Origin: a virus
Virus genome (UHGV): UHGV-0368904
Strand: one strand, 5' to 3'
Length of the DNA stretch: 37,227 bases
Shown here: positions 17,401 through 25,831 of the stretch, piece by piece
Layout of the letters: every line of letters starts with the position of its first letter
How positions within the stretch are numbered: position 1 is the first letter of the stretch
The notes under the pieces: model-generated
Told to the model about the DNA's origin: nothing
Databases searched by the model: none
The model's input: the letters and a program-made list of their open reading frames with translations, nothing else
Made by a program: the position numbers and the translations under genes

Positions 17401-18452
17401 AATCTTATGTAAATAATGGTGCTAGCATTGACCAACAAATGGCTTTATTGGCAGGAATGCTACGTCAACGAGGGATTGATGGCTCTAACGGACTAGTTCA
17501 GGGATTGCAAAGTAATGATCCAACGAAGTGGGCGAATATGTCAAGAGCTGACATTGTTAATACTTTACAAGCGTTGCCTCCTGACTTATTTAGAAATGGT
17601 CAAGACGGAAAAAACCAGTTAATTGATGGATTAAACTCTGGGAAAACACAACTTAATAATGTTGGTAAAGAATTGATGTCTTCGATGAATAGTGGTCAAT
17701 CTTCGCAAAAATCTAATTCTAAGAAAGCTGCCGCTGATAATAGTAGTGCAGCTGCTTCTGGAACAAGAAGTAAAAGTAATGAACATAAAAATGCTGGTAA
17801 AAGCAATGCTCAACAGACAAATGCTGGAACGAATTCTGAAAAAGGAAATGCGAAGAATTCTGGAAGTCAGCTAGGTGCGGCAACAATTCAAGGATATTTA
17901 ACTCAGTTACCCCCTGCAAATAATGCTGGAAGGTCTTTAGGAAATGCGGTAAGTCAGGGTGCAGGTTCTGTAGATATGAGCCCTGTAGGTTCAAATATGG
18001 CTAGAGGTGTTGCTTCTGGTATTCGTGCAAGTCAGGGCGAAGCAGTGGCTGCTATGCAAAATTTAGTAGCCGCCGTTAATGCAGAAGCACAGAAAAAAGC
18101 AAAAATTAAATCACCATCACGCCTATTGAAATATGATGTTGGTGTTTTCCTTGCACAAGGTGTAGCTGCAGGTATTCGAGAAGATACGTCGGTTGCCGTA
18201 CAAAGTGCAAAAGATATGATTTCAAGTATTCATCAATCTATTACGGGTAGCCGTTTGATGAAACGTTCAAATGCAATTGAGGTAAAACACTCTATAGATA
18301 ATACGCCAATGGGAAAAATGGTAGAAATTTTAGAAGAAATACGACATTTAACTGTTGTGATGGATACTGGCCAAGTAGTGGGAGCGCTAGGTAGCCCAAT
18401 GAATCTTAATTTAGCAGAACAACAAAAGCAAGATGGGAGGTATCGTAGTTGA
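14406..18452 (+). CDS. tail tape-measure protein
   Basis: 1356-aa ORF with TM-like and coiled-coil Q-rich regions. AAGGAGG lies 8 nt upstream of the GTG at 14406, and the ORF opens at 14382. Confidence 0.9.
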   Translation: MAQSKTVKATLSAVDKGFTRTMNSAVSSLKRFSAGTSGLSGQVSKVKSSFGSIASAIGIYKAASLAATTVTNSFTGAISRYDTMNNFPKVMKQLGFSAEESTQAVNDLSKGVQGLPTPLNEVVSTAQRLTVLTGNLGKSTKLTIALNDAFLASGSSSADASRGLQQFTQMLAVGKVDMMAWRTLQETMPIALTKTANAFGFAGQSAQTDFYNALKEGTITFDQFADKLIELDGGASGFAAMARSATDGVAMAMSNAKTAVVRGVTRSIEAFDKFNKAVGGMTVAELITAAGATIEGVLKKAATSFENFASIAKPYIDVVKNAFTKVAPVVKSALSSVVGELTNSSKNFLESSSTVDKFKSIVNQVSSAIIRFSTYIQENASKIADYAKKAIKLWAAFKGYTILKGATGEIVNFSRTVSGSLATVFDASTKIDSRWRKFVLNPLLRAITSGGTTVKARMLVFSDSFKGSMKSLSSQTEFGAVRRGFTSIKSAISETFPTFSKFASSVRHPIRSLASFSLSAKGTGTAVNGATLLIGNGFKTMSLTAVKAIGKLTLTLLSNPITAILVAITTTVVGAIQAWKSNFMNVQGFAKSAFSGIGQSIKSVIPHFNNVTKTVKSFGNILKWLGTGAIVGVTFAIAGFVDGLRAIVTVGKTVVNAIMAISNGVKGLWKRLKGDSKGADKAFKDMKKSLSDIEKDWDTMFSDSALKKAAKSTEELGKKSKDTTKAISLNMKEASSSVENYSSKLDEAKQAMTELFSQQNGSTAGVETYFKNTLDLVTNLKEQQKKAVETYNKQIEAAEGKSEAEKQKIFANASSQYMKAVQTNNSDLLKVYTDYSNQLKNNKTVEGQELTEQQRATLQNQTNIIRDQLLQQNQQFVEAGMNKLANKQALSEQEKEQTLTSLRTLGEIQAQQVQENNAQIQQLEIQKNQAKTESEKAAFQNQITQLQTQNAQIRQSELEQGAQLLAIISQNGANKIAVTADNLAQLKGVTDQQLLGIYQSYVNNGASIDQQMALLAGMLRQRGIDGSNGLVQGLQSNDPTKWANMSRADIVNTLQALPPDLFRNGQDGKNQLIDGLNSGKTQLNNVGKELMSSMNSGQSSQKSNSKKAAADNSSAAASGTRSKSNEHKNAGKSNAQQTNAGTNSEKGNAKNSGSQLGAATIQGYLTQLPPANNAGRSLGNAVSQGAGSVDMSPVGSNMARGVASGIRASQGEAVAAMQNLVAAVNAEAQKKAKIKSPSRLLKYDVGVFLAQGVAAGIREDTSVAVQSAKDMISSIHQSITGSRLMKRSNAIEVKHSIDNTPMGKMVEILEEIRHLTVVMDTGQVVGALGSPMNLNLAEQQKQDGRYRS

Positions 18453-19171
18453 TTGAAATTGTAGAATATATGGCCAAAGGTCGTTTTAATAGCAAAGAAC
18501 ACGGTTTCTACATTATTGAACACGATGCTCCTTCAGCGGAAGAAGTGGAAATTATTGAACAGATCCCTTTCATGCAAGGTCAGTATGATTTTTCCATGCT
18601 TACAGGAGAACGAATTTTTAGTAATCGCATTGTCACTGTTACTTTTTGGCGACCTAATACGCCATACGAAGAACGAAAGGCATTAGAGGCGAAAGTAAAA
18701 GAAGAATTGATGATGGATGGAATTGATTACATTGATGATTCTTGGTTACGTTCAGGGCTTCGCTGGTATGGAAAATGCAAAAGTGTGAAAGCAGAAGATG
18801 ACTCGTCAAGTAATTCATTAACGTTAACCGTAGAATTTGACGTGTATCCTTTTGCTTTAAGGGAAAATATTTCTTATTCCGATGTCTTTGACGATGACTA
18901 TTTCACAGACGATAGCGCCGACAATTGGACAGGCTACTATATTCACGGAAAAAGAGAAATTTTTCTTATCAATATGGGAGCAAATGCTTCTAGTCCAACA
19001 ATAAAGGCAACGTCTACAATGCAATTAACTACTGATGACGGAATAACAATAAAAGTTCCGAAAGGCGAATCGCAAGATTATTTCTTTAAATTAAAAAGAG
19101 GGACTAACCACTTAACTATTTATGGCGAAGGTCATATCTCTTTCTTTATGTCTAGTGAGGTGATGGTCTAA
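18449..19171 (+). CDS. distal tail protein (Dit)
   Basis: TTG start with GGGAGG Shine-Dalgarno, overlapping the tape-measure stop. Size and position fit Dit. Confidence 0.7.
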   Translation: MIEIVEYMAKGRFNSKEHGFYIIEHDAPSAEEVEIIEQIPFMQGQYDFSMLTGERIFSNRIVTVTFWRPNTPYEERKALEAKVKEELMMDGIDYIDDSWLRSGLRWYGKCKSVKAEDDSSSNSLTLTVEFDVYPFALRENISYSDVFDDDYFTDDSADNWTGYYIHGKREIFLINMGANASSPTIKATSTMQLTTDDGITIKVPKGESQDYFFKLKRGTNHLTIYGEGHISFFMSSEVMV

Positions 19172-20616
19172 TGTATCGAGTATTATTGTTTGATAATCCG
19201 AACAGAAAGAATCCAAAGATTGTTCATGAGCCATATAGCTATGGTGAGAAAATCAAAGATAGTGAAGTATATTTATCGCTTAACGGATTAGGAATTTCTA
19301 CTTTTGAATTTACCTTTAATATTAACAATAAATACTATCAAAAGATTGAGCCGATTATTCACTTTATCCAGATTGTGGATGTTACAAGAAATAAAGAAAT
19401 TTTTTATGGTAGAGTTGCTAAAATCACGAATAAAATGGAAGCATCAGGAAGCTTTTCTCAAACTCTCTTAGCGGAGGATGAGAAAGCTTTTTTATATGAT
19501 TCTGTTCAAACCTATATGAAACCAACACGGATGACTGTATCTGCTTATTTACAAAAAATACTCGATGCACACAATAAACAAGTTGAAGCGCATAAGCAGT
19601 TTCGGCTTGGTGAAGTGAATGTTGTAGATAATGGGGACTTGCTAAGAGGATTAGGCTATCAAAGTACAGCTGATACCATTAAAGAAAAATTGTTGGATAG
19701 GCTGGGCGGTACGTTAACACTTCGACGTGTTGGGAATATAAATTATTTAGATTATCTATCTAATTATGGTGTGAACAGTGAAACTCCTTTACAGTTAACC
19801 AAAAATCTAAAAAGTGCTACTCGAGATATTGATATTTCTGAATTGTTTACAAGGATTGTGCCCGTCGGTCAAGATATTGAAGATACGTCAAATACTGATA
19901 TTGAAGTGGGAACAGATTTTTCACGACCTAAATACACCATCGAAAAAGTAAATGGCGGTAAGAATTACCTTGATGATGAAGCGTTAATCAAAAAATTTGG
20001 ATTAAACACGGGCATTGTAGAATTTTCAAATGTCAAAGACCCATCAATTTTAAAACGTCGAGGGTTGCAATGGCTAAAAGACCAAAGCTTGATGTTGGTA
20101 ACTTGGACAGTTGAAGCCATTGAGTTAGGGCTATTGGATAAACGGTATGAATTAATCACTTTAGGAAACAGTTATAAAGTAGATAATCAATTTATTTATG
20201 CTGTAGAACGATTACAAGTGATTGAGAAAAAATTTAGTATTTTAGAACCGCAAAAGGTTACTTTGACTATTGGTTCGAAAAAGAAAAAACTGACCGATTA
20301 TCAAAACGAAATAAAAGCTATTCAATCCAATTTAGTAAACGTAAAAAAATTTGCGACGGCAGGAGTTCAAAACATATCAGAGTTGATAAAAAGACAGGAA
20401 GAATTTGACAATGATTTATCTGTTCAAAGTAGTAAAGTTAGTTCTTTGGAAGACTTAACCAGTGAATTATCAACAACCGTGACAGAATCGACGGAAGCCT
20501 TTAAACAATTAGCAAGTGATTTAACAAATACAGTCGAATCTGTAGGTACTGCTCAAACTGAGATGAAAAAGGCGTTAGACGATTTAATTAAGCGCGTAGA
20601 GAAATTAGAAAAATAA
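19171..20616 (+). CDS. tail-associated protein, Tal-like (prophage-tail endopeptidase family)
   Basis: Follows Dit with an overlapping start. The N-terminal region is of the Prophage_tail type and the C-terminus is coiled-coil. Confidence 0.65.
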   Translation: MYRVLLFDNPNRKNPKIVHEPYSYGEKIKDSEVYLSLNGLGISTFEFTFNINNKYYQKIEPIIHFIQIVDVTRNKEIFYGRVAKITNKMEASGSFSQTLLAEDEKAFLYDSVQTYMKPTRMTVSAYLQKILDAHNKQVEAHKQFRLGEVNVVDNGDLLRGLGYQSTADTIKEKLLDRLGGTLTLRRVGNINYLDYLSNYGVNSETPLQLTKNLKSATRDIDISELFTRIVPVGQDIEDTSNTDIEVGTDFSRPKYTIEKVNGGKNYLDDEALIKKFGLNTGIVEFSNVKDPSILKRRGLQWLKDQSLMLVTWTVEAIELGLLDKRYELITLGNSYKVDNQFIYAVERLQVIEKKFSILEPQKVTLTIGSKKKKLTDYQNEIKAIQSNLVNVKKFATAGVQNISELIKRQEEFDNDLSVQSSKVSSLEDLTSELSTTVTESTEAFKQLASDLTNTVESVGTAQTEMKKALDDLIKRVEKLEK

Positions 20617-20630
20617 GAGAGGTGAGACGG

Positions 20631-21362
20631 TTGGCACAAGAATTTAAGGATACTCGACCAACAAATGAACCAAATACAACAGTTGATTATCAAGACCCGA
20701 CCGATGTCGATGAGGTGCAAGATGAAATAAAAAACGGTGTGATTGATCCTATTTCTCAAACGTTCGCTTTGTGGATTCGAACAAAGATGTATCGACGACA
20801 TGTTCGAGAATCTTTAGCTCGTATGATGGAGTATACCAGTGTTTTATTTAATAAAATAAAGGCTATTTCTGAAAATACAGAAAAACGCCAATCTAAAGTA
20901 GAACAACGTCAAACCAATTTAGAGGAACGTTTTAAAGATGTAATCGCAAATGCTACAACAGATAGCGAAGTTATCGATGCTCGAAGTAGTGAACGTTTGG
21001 GAAATTTTAAAACGTTAGATGAACGGCTAGAATATTTTGAAAATATCATTGCTTCTGTAATTCCAGTTGGTTTTGATGTAACTATTGTTCACAATTTAGG
21101 AGCTCAACCAGTCGTTAATGTTCGTACTTGGACACATGGTATAGGTGTACTGCCTTTAGGTACAGAACCAACAGGATTATTTGGCGGTAGTGCTTCTCAA
21201 TCAATTCAATGTACGGTAAAACATGTGAATTCTTCTGAATGTATTGTGACTATTCCGCTAGATTATAAAACAGATTCTCTACCAGTAAAAATTGATGAGC
21301 ATAAGTATTTACTTATTGATGGTCAGAATAGCCGATCTATTGTATTTGACTTAATTTTATAA
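20631..21362 (+). CDS. tail tip / baseplate protein
   Basis: Position. The ORF opens at GTG 20622, and a TTG at 20631 has better spacing to GAGAGGTGAG. Confidence 0.45.
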   Translation: MAQEFKDTRPTNEPNTTVDYQDPTDVDEVQDEIKNGVIDPISQTFALWIRTKMYRRHVRESLARMMEYTSVLFNKIKAISENTEKRQSKVEQRQTNLEERFKDVIANATTDSEVIDARSSERLGNFKTLDERLEYFENIIASVIPVGFDVTIVHNLGAQPVVNVRTWTHGIGVLPLGTEPTGLFGGSASQSIQCTVKHVNSSECIVTIPLDYKTDSLPVKIDEHKYLLIDGQNSRSIVFDLIL

Positions 21363-21379
21363 GAAAGGACGTTGTGAAT

Positions 21380-21859
21380 ATGGATTTAACTAGAATTTAT
21401 AGAGGGATGGAGAACGGGGCAGAATCGATTGAAGAAAATTTCAATAAAATTGGTGCAGCCGTTGATAGCACCTCAAGAACTTTCCAAAAAATCACCAAAA
21501 AAGAACCGTTGTGGACAGGTGCATGGTATGGCGGAGCTGCAGGAAACGGTAATGTTCCTTCTAAATCGCTATCGGAGTGTGAGAACGGGTGGATTTTCCA
21601 ATGGCAAGAATATAAAAAAGACGGCACCTTAAACGGTGCATGTTATCACTTTTTCTTAGTACCTAAACAGCATGCGCAGAATCCAGGTTCTGGAGGAGTT
21701 ATTTTTCTTTTACATGGATACAACGCTAATAGTTTAGTGCGGAAATATTTATATGTTAAGGATACTAAAATTACTGGTAATGATATAAATGCCTCTTCTA
21801 GTGATACAGCTGGTTCAGGCAGTAAAATGTTTGCGTTAAGTGCGATTTATGAATACTAG
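21380..21859 (+). CDS. putative receptor-binding / tail fibre protein (glycine-rich)
   Basis: Its position at the tail tip and its glycine-rich composition. Confidence 0.4.
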   Translation: MDLTRIYRGMENGAESIEENFNKIGAAVDSTSRTFQKITKKEPLWTGAWYGGAAGNGNVPSKSLSECENGWIFQWQEYKKDGTLNGACYHFFLVPKQHAQNPGSGGVIFLLHGYNANSLVRKYLYVKDTKITGNDINASSSDTAGSGSKMFALSAIYEY

Positions 21860-21872
21860 GAGGAAAGAGAAC

Positions 21873-22268
21873 ATGAAAATTTGGATTGATGATATTCAAG
21901 GTTATTTAGACGGATATTCCACAATGGAACAACCGAATAAAATTGAACTTGAAGTAGAAAAAGAACCAACAGATTTTTATAATTATCGCTGGAACGGGAC
22001 AAGCTTAATATACGATCCTAACAATGTGCCAGAACCAGAGCCCGCACCACCAACCGACATTGAGGTATTACAAGCCGAAAATGCGGAATTAAAACAATTG
22101 AATTCAAAACTTATGATTAATGACATGAATTTAAAAAAAGAGCTTTCAGAAGTAACGAAGAAAGCAGATAATTTTGCGCAAATTAGTGCAAAATCAATGC
22201 TTGCGATTAATCAATTAACCAATCAAGTAAAAGAAATTAACGAAAAATTAGCAGAAGGAGTGGAATAA
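21873..22268 (+). CDS. XkdW-like protein with a PEPEPAPP linker and a C-terminal coiled coil
   Basis: AGGAGG lies 9 nt upstream of the ATG at 21873. The xkdW-xkdX-holin-lysin gene order is PBSX-like. Confidence 0.45.
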   Translation: MKIWIDDIQGYLDGYSTMEQPNKIELEVEKEPTDFYNYRWNGTSLIYDPNNVPEPEPAPPTDIEVLQAENAELKQLNSKLMINDMNLKKELSEVTKKADNFAQISAKSMLAINQLTNQVKEINEKLAEGVE

Positions 22269-22269
22269 A

Positions 22270-22392
22270 ATGTTTACATTTGATGACATTAAAATGATGT
22301 ATGACTGGGGCTGTTTTACAGATGAACAAGTAATGGAGTTTGTCCCACTTTGCATTACAGAAAAAGAAGCGAAAGAAATTGTCGGAAAGTAG
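22270..22392 (+). CDS. xkdX: XkdX-family small protein (40 aa, not in the ORF track)
   Basis: The translation MFTFDDIKMMYDWGCFTDEQVMEFVPLCITEKEAKEIVGK matches the XkdX family signature. Confidence 0.6.
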   Translation: MFTFDDIKMMYDWGCFTDEQVMEFVPLCITEKEAKEIVGK

Positions 22393-22402
22393 GTAAGTAG
22401 CA

Positions 22403-22612
22403 ATGATTGAAGAGTTTGTGAGAGGTTTATTAACGAATCCAGAGCAAGTAACGTTTACTACTCTATTTGTTGGTTTATTTATTTGGGTGATGAAACAAAA
22501 TAGTGATCGCGAACGTAATTATCAAGAAACAATTGGAAAGCTTGCGGACTCGTTAAAAGATGTTGAGGACATCAAGACGACAGTAGAAAAAATTCATGAA
22601 AAATTAAATTGA
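22403..22612 (+). CDS. BhlA/UviB-family holin-like protein
   Basis: 69 aa with a single N-proximal TM (FTTLFVGLFIWVM) and a charged coiled-coil C-terminus. It sits immediately upstream of the endolysin. Confidence 0.65.
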   Translation: MIEEFVRGLLTNPEQVTFTTLFVGLFIWVMKQNSDRERNYQETIGKLADSLKDVEDIKTTVEKIHEKLN

Positions 22613-22664
22613 GGTATGGCTCTAAGCCATGCCTTTTTATTATTAATTTTAGGAAGGTGTTTTT

Positions 22665-23771
22665 ATGAAAAAAACTGTTAAATTATTAGTAGCTGTCGGA
22701 ATGGGATTAAGTTTTATGTTACCAATTGGCGCAAATGCTTACCAAATTGAACAAGACCCAATCAATTTCGGTGGCTATTTCCCTGGATATGCAACTAACG
22801 AATTGATTGTATTGCATGAGTCAGGAAATGGAAATAATGTCGGTCCAAATAGTTTAGACAATGAAACGGCATATATGAAACGAAACTGGCAAAATGCGTA
22901 CGTTTCATATTTTGTTGGTTCTGGTGGTCGAGTGAAACAGTTAGCGCCAGCAGGACAAATTCAATGGGGCGCAGGACAAACAGCGAATGCAAAAGCCTAT
23001 GCTCAAATCGAATTAGCACGAACGAATAACAAAGAAACGTTCAAGAAAGACTATGCAGCCTATGTTAATTTGATTCGTGATTTAGCAACTCAAATCGGCG
23101 CAACATTTGATTTAGATGATGGTACAGGATACGGAATTGTATCGCACGATTGGGTATCTAAAAATTGGTGGGGCGATCATACAGATCCTTACGGTTATTT
23201 AGCAAGTTGGGGAATTAGTAAAGCACAATTAGCACAAGACTTACAAACTGGACTTCCAGAAGACGGTCATGATGTTATTGTAAACCCCGGCAAACCAAAC
23301 AAGCCTAAATATAAAGTAGGGCAGAACGTTCGCTTTACAACGATCTATAAAAATCCAGATGCGCCAATCGAGCAACATATCAATGCAAATACTTTATGGA
23401 CACAAGTTGGTACAATCACACAGAAATTAGACGGTCGTAAAAATCTATATCGGATTGAAAATAGCGGTAAATTATTAGGATACGCGAACGATGGCGATAT
23501 TGCGGAGCTTTGGGAAAATAGCAAACCTAAGCCAGCTAAAGTTTTTACTATCGGTGTAAATGAAGGGATTGTGTTACGTACTGGCTCACCTAGTCTGTAT
23601 GCGCCAGTATATGGTATCTGGCCAAAAGGTGCGCAATTTAGATATGATTCAGTCCATGTAGCTGACGGCTATGTTTGGTTAGGTGGAACAGATTCAAATG
23701 GAACAAGAATTTACATTCCTGTTGGTCCAAATGATGGTGATCCAAATAATACTTGGGGAACTGGTTATTAA
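22665..23771 (+). CDS. endolysin: N-acetylmuramoyl-L-alanine amidase (amidase_2/PGRP) with an N-terminal Sec signal peptide and two C-terminal SH3b-like wall-binding repeats
   Basis: The signal peptide is MKKTVKLLVAVGMGLSFMLPIGANA-YQ. The catalytic region aligns by eye with T7 lysozyme-type amidase_2 (IVLHESGN ... YFVGSGGRV ... IVSHDWVS). The C-terminus has W/Y/G-rich SH3_5-like repeats. Confidence 0.85.
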   Translation: MKKTVKLLVAVGMGLSFMLPIGANAYQIEQDPINFGGYFPGYATNELIVLHESGNGNNVGPNSLDNETAYMKRNWQNAYVSYFVGSGGRVKQLAPAGQIQWGAGQTANAKAYAQIELARTNNKETFKKDYAAYVNLIRDLATQIGATFDLDDGTGYGIVSHDWVSKNWWGDHTDPYGYLASWGISKAQLAQDLQTGLPEDGHDVIVNPGKPNKPKYKVGQNVRFTTIYKNPDAPIEQHINANTLWTQVGTITQKLDGRKNLYRIENSGKLLGYANDGDIAELWENSKPKPAKVFTIGVNEGIVLRTGSPSLYAPVYGIWPKGAQFRYDSVHVADGYVWLGGTDSNGTRIYIPVGPNDGDPNNTWGTGY

Positions 23772-23781
23772 GAAATAAGAA

Positions 23782-23818
23782 AATCCCTACTTCTCATTAC
23801 TAGAGGTAGGGATTTTTT
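23782..23818 (+). terminator. rho-independent terminator of the late/lysis operon
   Basis: AATCCCTACTTC ... GAGGTAGGGATT stem of about 13 bp (one G-U), followed by TTTTTT. Confidence 0.65.
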
Positions 23819-23863
23819 CAACGGTAAATTATGTTGAGATTTTTTTATTCTTATAGGTAAAAA

Positions 23864-24099
23864 TGACCATACTTTGACCATACACTTTAAGAAAATATAG
23901 AAACTATCAGAACATAGGATTTAATACAAATCCCTATTTTATAAGTGTTGAAGAAAATTAGGGATTGTTAGAAAAATTAAATTTTAAAGTATCAGTTTAT
24001 CCAGTAGCCAACTAGTGTAATAGCTCAAGCCTTTGTTTATCAAAGGTTTGGGCTTTTTTTGTTGGTTTGAAAAATATTTGACCATACTTTTGACCATAC
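23864..24099. repeat. candidate attP: four TTGACCATAC direct repeats (arm-type sites) flanking AATCCCTA/TAGGGATT inverted repeats (core candidates)
   Basis: TGACCATAC at 23864, 23875, 24079 and 24091. Inverted repeat AATCCCTA (23929-23936) / TAGGGATT (23959-23966) with a 22-nt spacer. A related imperfect copy TAGGATTT at 23915. The integrase gene is adjacent. Confidence 0.4.
24027..24060 (+). terminator. second plus-strand terminator-like hairpin inside the att region
   Basis: AAGCCTTTG tttat CAAAGGTTT stem followed by GGGC TTTTTTT. Confidence 0.35.
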
Positions 24100-24102
24100 T
24101 AG

Positions 24103-25257
24103 TTAAAAGCCGATGTATTTTGATAGTTTTTCGGTAGTTTTTTCTTTTCCATCATTTGTTAGATGTGTATAAGTATCTAAAGTTGTTTTTATGTTTGCAT
24201 GTCCTAATCGTTCCTGAACTTCTTTATGATCTGCACCAGCATAGTATAATAAAGATGCATGCGTGTGTCTAAATCCGTGAAGCCCAATGTTTGGTAAGTT
24301 AGCCTTTTTACGATAAATATTGTATCTATCTGTAATAGCTTGATTTATTGTAAATTCATTTTCTTCATTGGTGAAAATACGTGAGGGTTGTGTATAACCA
24401 AGTTTAAGAAGATATTTTTTTTGCTCTAATTTCCATTTTTTTAAGATAGTTATTGTTTTTGCATCTAATATTAGTGTTCTGTTTGATTTTTTTGTTTTTG
24501 GAGTATTTGATACATAATAATGGTCAGATTTAGCAATTGTTTTGTTGATTTGTAGTTCACCAGTTTTAATGTTTAAATCGTCCCAAGTAAGAGCTAACAA
24601 CTCCCCTATCCTACATCCACTAAAAGCTAATAATCTGAATAATGTATAATCTCTTATTGTAATGTAGGTACTTTCACTTTGTTCAATACTTTTTAAAAAT
24701 ATTTGAAGTTGATCTTTTGTATAGAATTTAATTTTCTTTTCTGATGTAATAATATCTTGATTTTTAGGAACTATTACATTAATCACTGGGTTTTGATTGG
24801 TAACCCCTATGTTAATAGCGAATTTGAAGACTTGATTCATATAATTTATAAAAAGGGGATATTGTTTTGAACTACCTTTTGAATGCCATGTATTCACGAT
24901 TTTCTGACAATAAGCAGTTGAAATTTTTGATATTTCAATTTTTCCAAATGAAGGTAGTATGTGTTTTCTGAAGATTATTTCTGTTCGAGAGTAGCTACTT
25001 TCTTTTACGGTATTTTTATAATTTTCTAGCCACATAAATGCTACTTCTTGGAATGTTATATTAGTGGAAGAGGGAATGCCATTTTTTTGAATTTCCATTT
25101 CTAACCTTGCTAATGCAATTTTAGCCTCTTTTTGAGTGCGAAATCCTCTCTTAGTTGTATACTTCTTTTTTCCAGTTAGCGGATCGGTACCAAGATATGT
25201 TTTGAAGTACCATGCTTTTTCACCATTCTTTTTTTTATATTGTTTTATCATTGCCAT
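24103..25257 (-). CDS. int: tyrosine site-specific integrase
   Basis: An N-terminal SAM-like/arm-binding domain. The C-terminal catalytic signature is HGFRHTHASLL ... LGHANIKTTLDTYTHL. AAGGAG Shine-Dalgarno. Confidence 0.9.
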   Translation of the reverse strand: MAMIKQYKKKNGEKAWYFKTYLGTDPLTGKKKYTTKRGFRTQKEAKIALARLEMEIQKNGIPSSTNITFQEVAFMWLENYKNTVKESSYSRTEIIFRKHILPSFGKIEISKISTAYCQKIVNTWHSKGSSKQYPLFINYMNQVFKFAINIGVTNQNPVINVIVPKNQDIITSEKKIKFYTKDQLQIFLKSIEQSESTYITIRDYTLFRLLAFSGCRIGELLALTWDDLNIKTGELQINKTIAKSDHYYVSNTPKTKKSNRTLILDAKTITILKKWKLEQKKYLLKLGYTQPSRIFTNEENEFTINQAITDRYNIYRKKANLPNIGLHGFRHTHASLLYYAGADHKEVQERLGHANIKTTLDTYTHLTNDGKEKTTEKLSKYIGF

Positions 25258-25322
25258 AAAATTCTCCTTTCGAACATACGTTCTTTTGTATTTTAAAAGA
25301 AAAGCCAGAAGGCTAATCTTGA

Positions 25323-25790
25323 TTAATTATTTAAATTATTTACTAATTCATTTCCTGAAACTAATAAATAAATAAGGGTTGCTCCAGAATTTTCCTCACC
25401 ATCCCATTCGTAAATAGCTTTTATTCTGCCGTAATTGACATCATTACAGGTTACTATCCATCTATTTTTATTATTAATATAATTTAAAGCGACATTCCAT
25501 GTATCTTTTCCTCGATATTTTAGAGTGTATCCTCTATCTTCACAATCAAGTTGGGTATAAGATATGAGAGTTTGTTCCTGTTTTTCAGTAATAGAAGATA
25601 CTTCTTTTTCTTGGTTATCATATATTGAGTTAGTCTGATATGTTTCTTCCAAAATAACTGATGACGAGGTTTCTTGATTATTCTCAATTGACGAGCTTTG
25701 TCTGTCAGTCTCATATTCGTTTGAGGAATCACATGCCGCTAATACTAAACAAGATAGTAGCATTGAGAAAATAATATTTCTTTTTTTCAT
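25323..25790 (-). CDS. lipoprotein (lipobox LAAC), candidate superinfection-exclusion protein
   Basis: Signal peptide plus lipobox, MKKRNIIFSMLLSCLVLAAC. A Ser/Glu-rich linker followed by a roughly 90-aa C-terminal domain. AT-rich. It sits between int and the ImmA-like gene. Confidence 0.6.
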   Translation of the reverse strand: MKKRNIIFSMLLSCLVLAACDSSNEYETDRQSSSIENNQETSSSVILEETYQTNSIYDNQEKEVSSITEKQEQTLISYTQLDCEDRGYTLKYRGKDTWNVALNYINNKNRWIVTCNDVNYGRIKAIYEWDGEENSGATLIYLLVSGNELVNNLNN

Positions 25791-25831
25791 AAAACTAAAA
25801 CTCCTTATTTAATAATAAAATTATTCATGTA

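Noticed and set aside
25136-25732. Plus- and minus-strand ORFs (79 and 70 aa) overlapping int and the lipoprotein gene.
   Set aside because: They are antisense or alternate-frame ORFs inside well-supported genes in AT-rich sequence.
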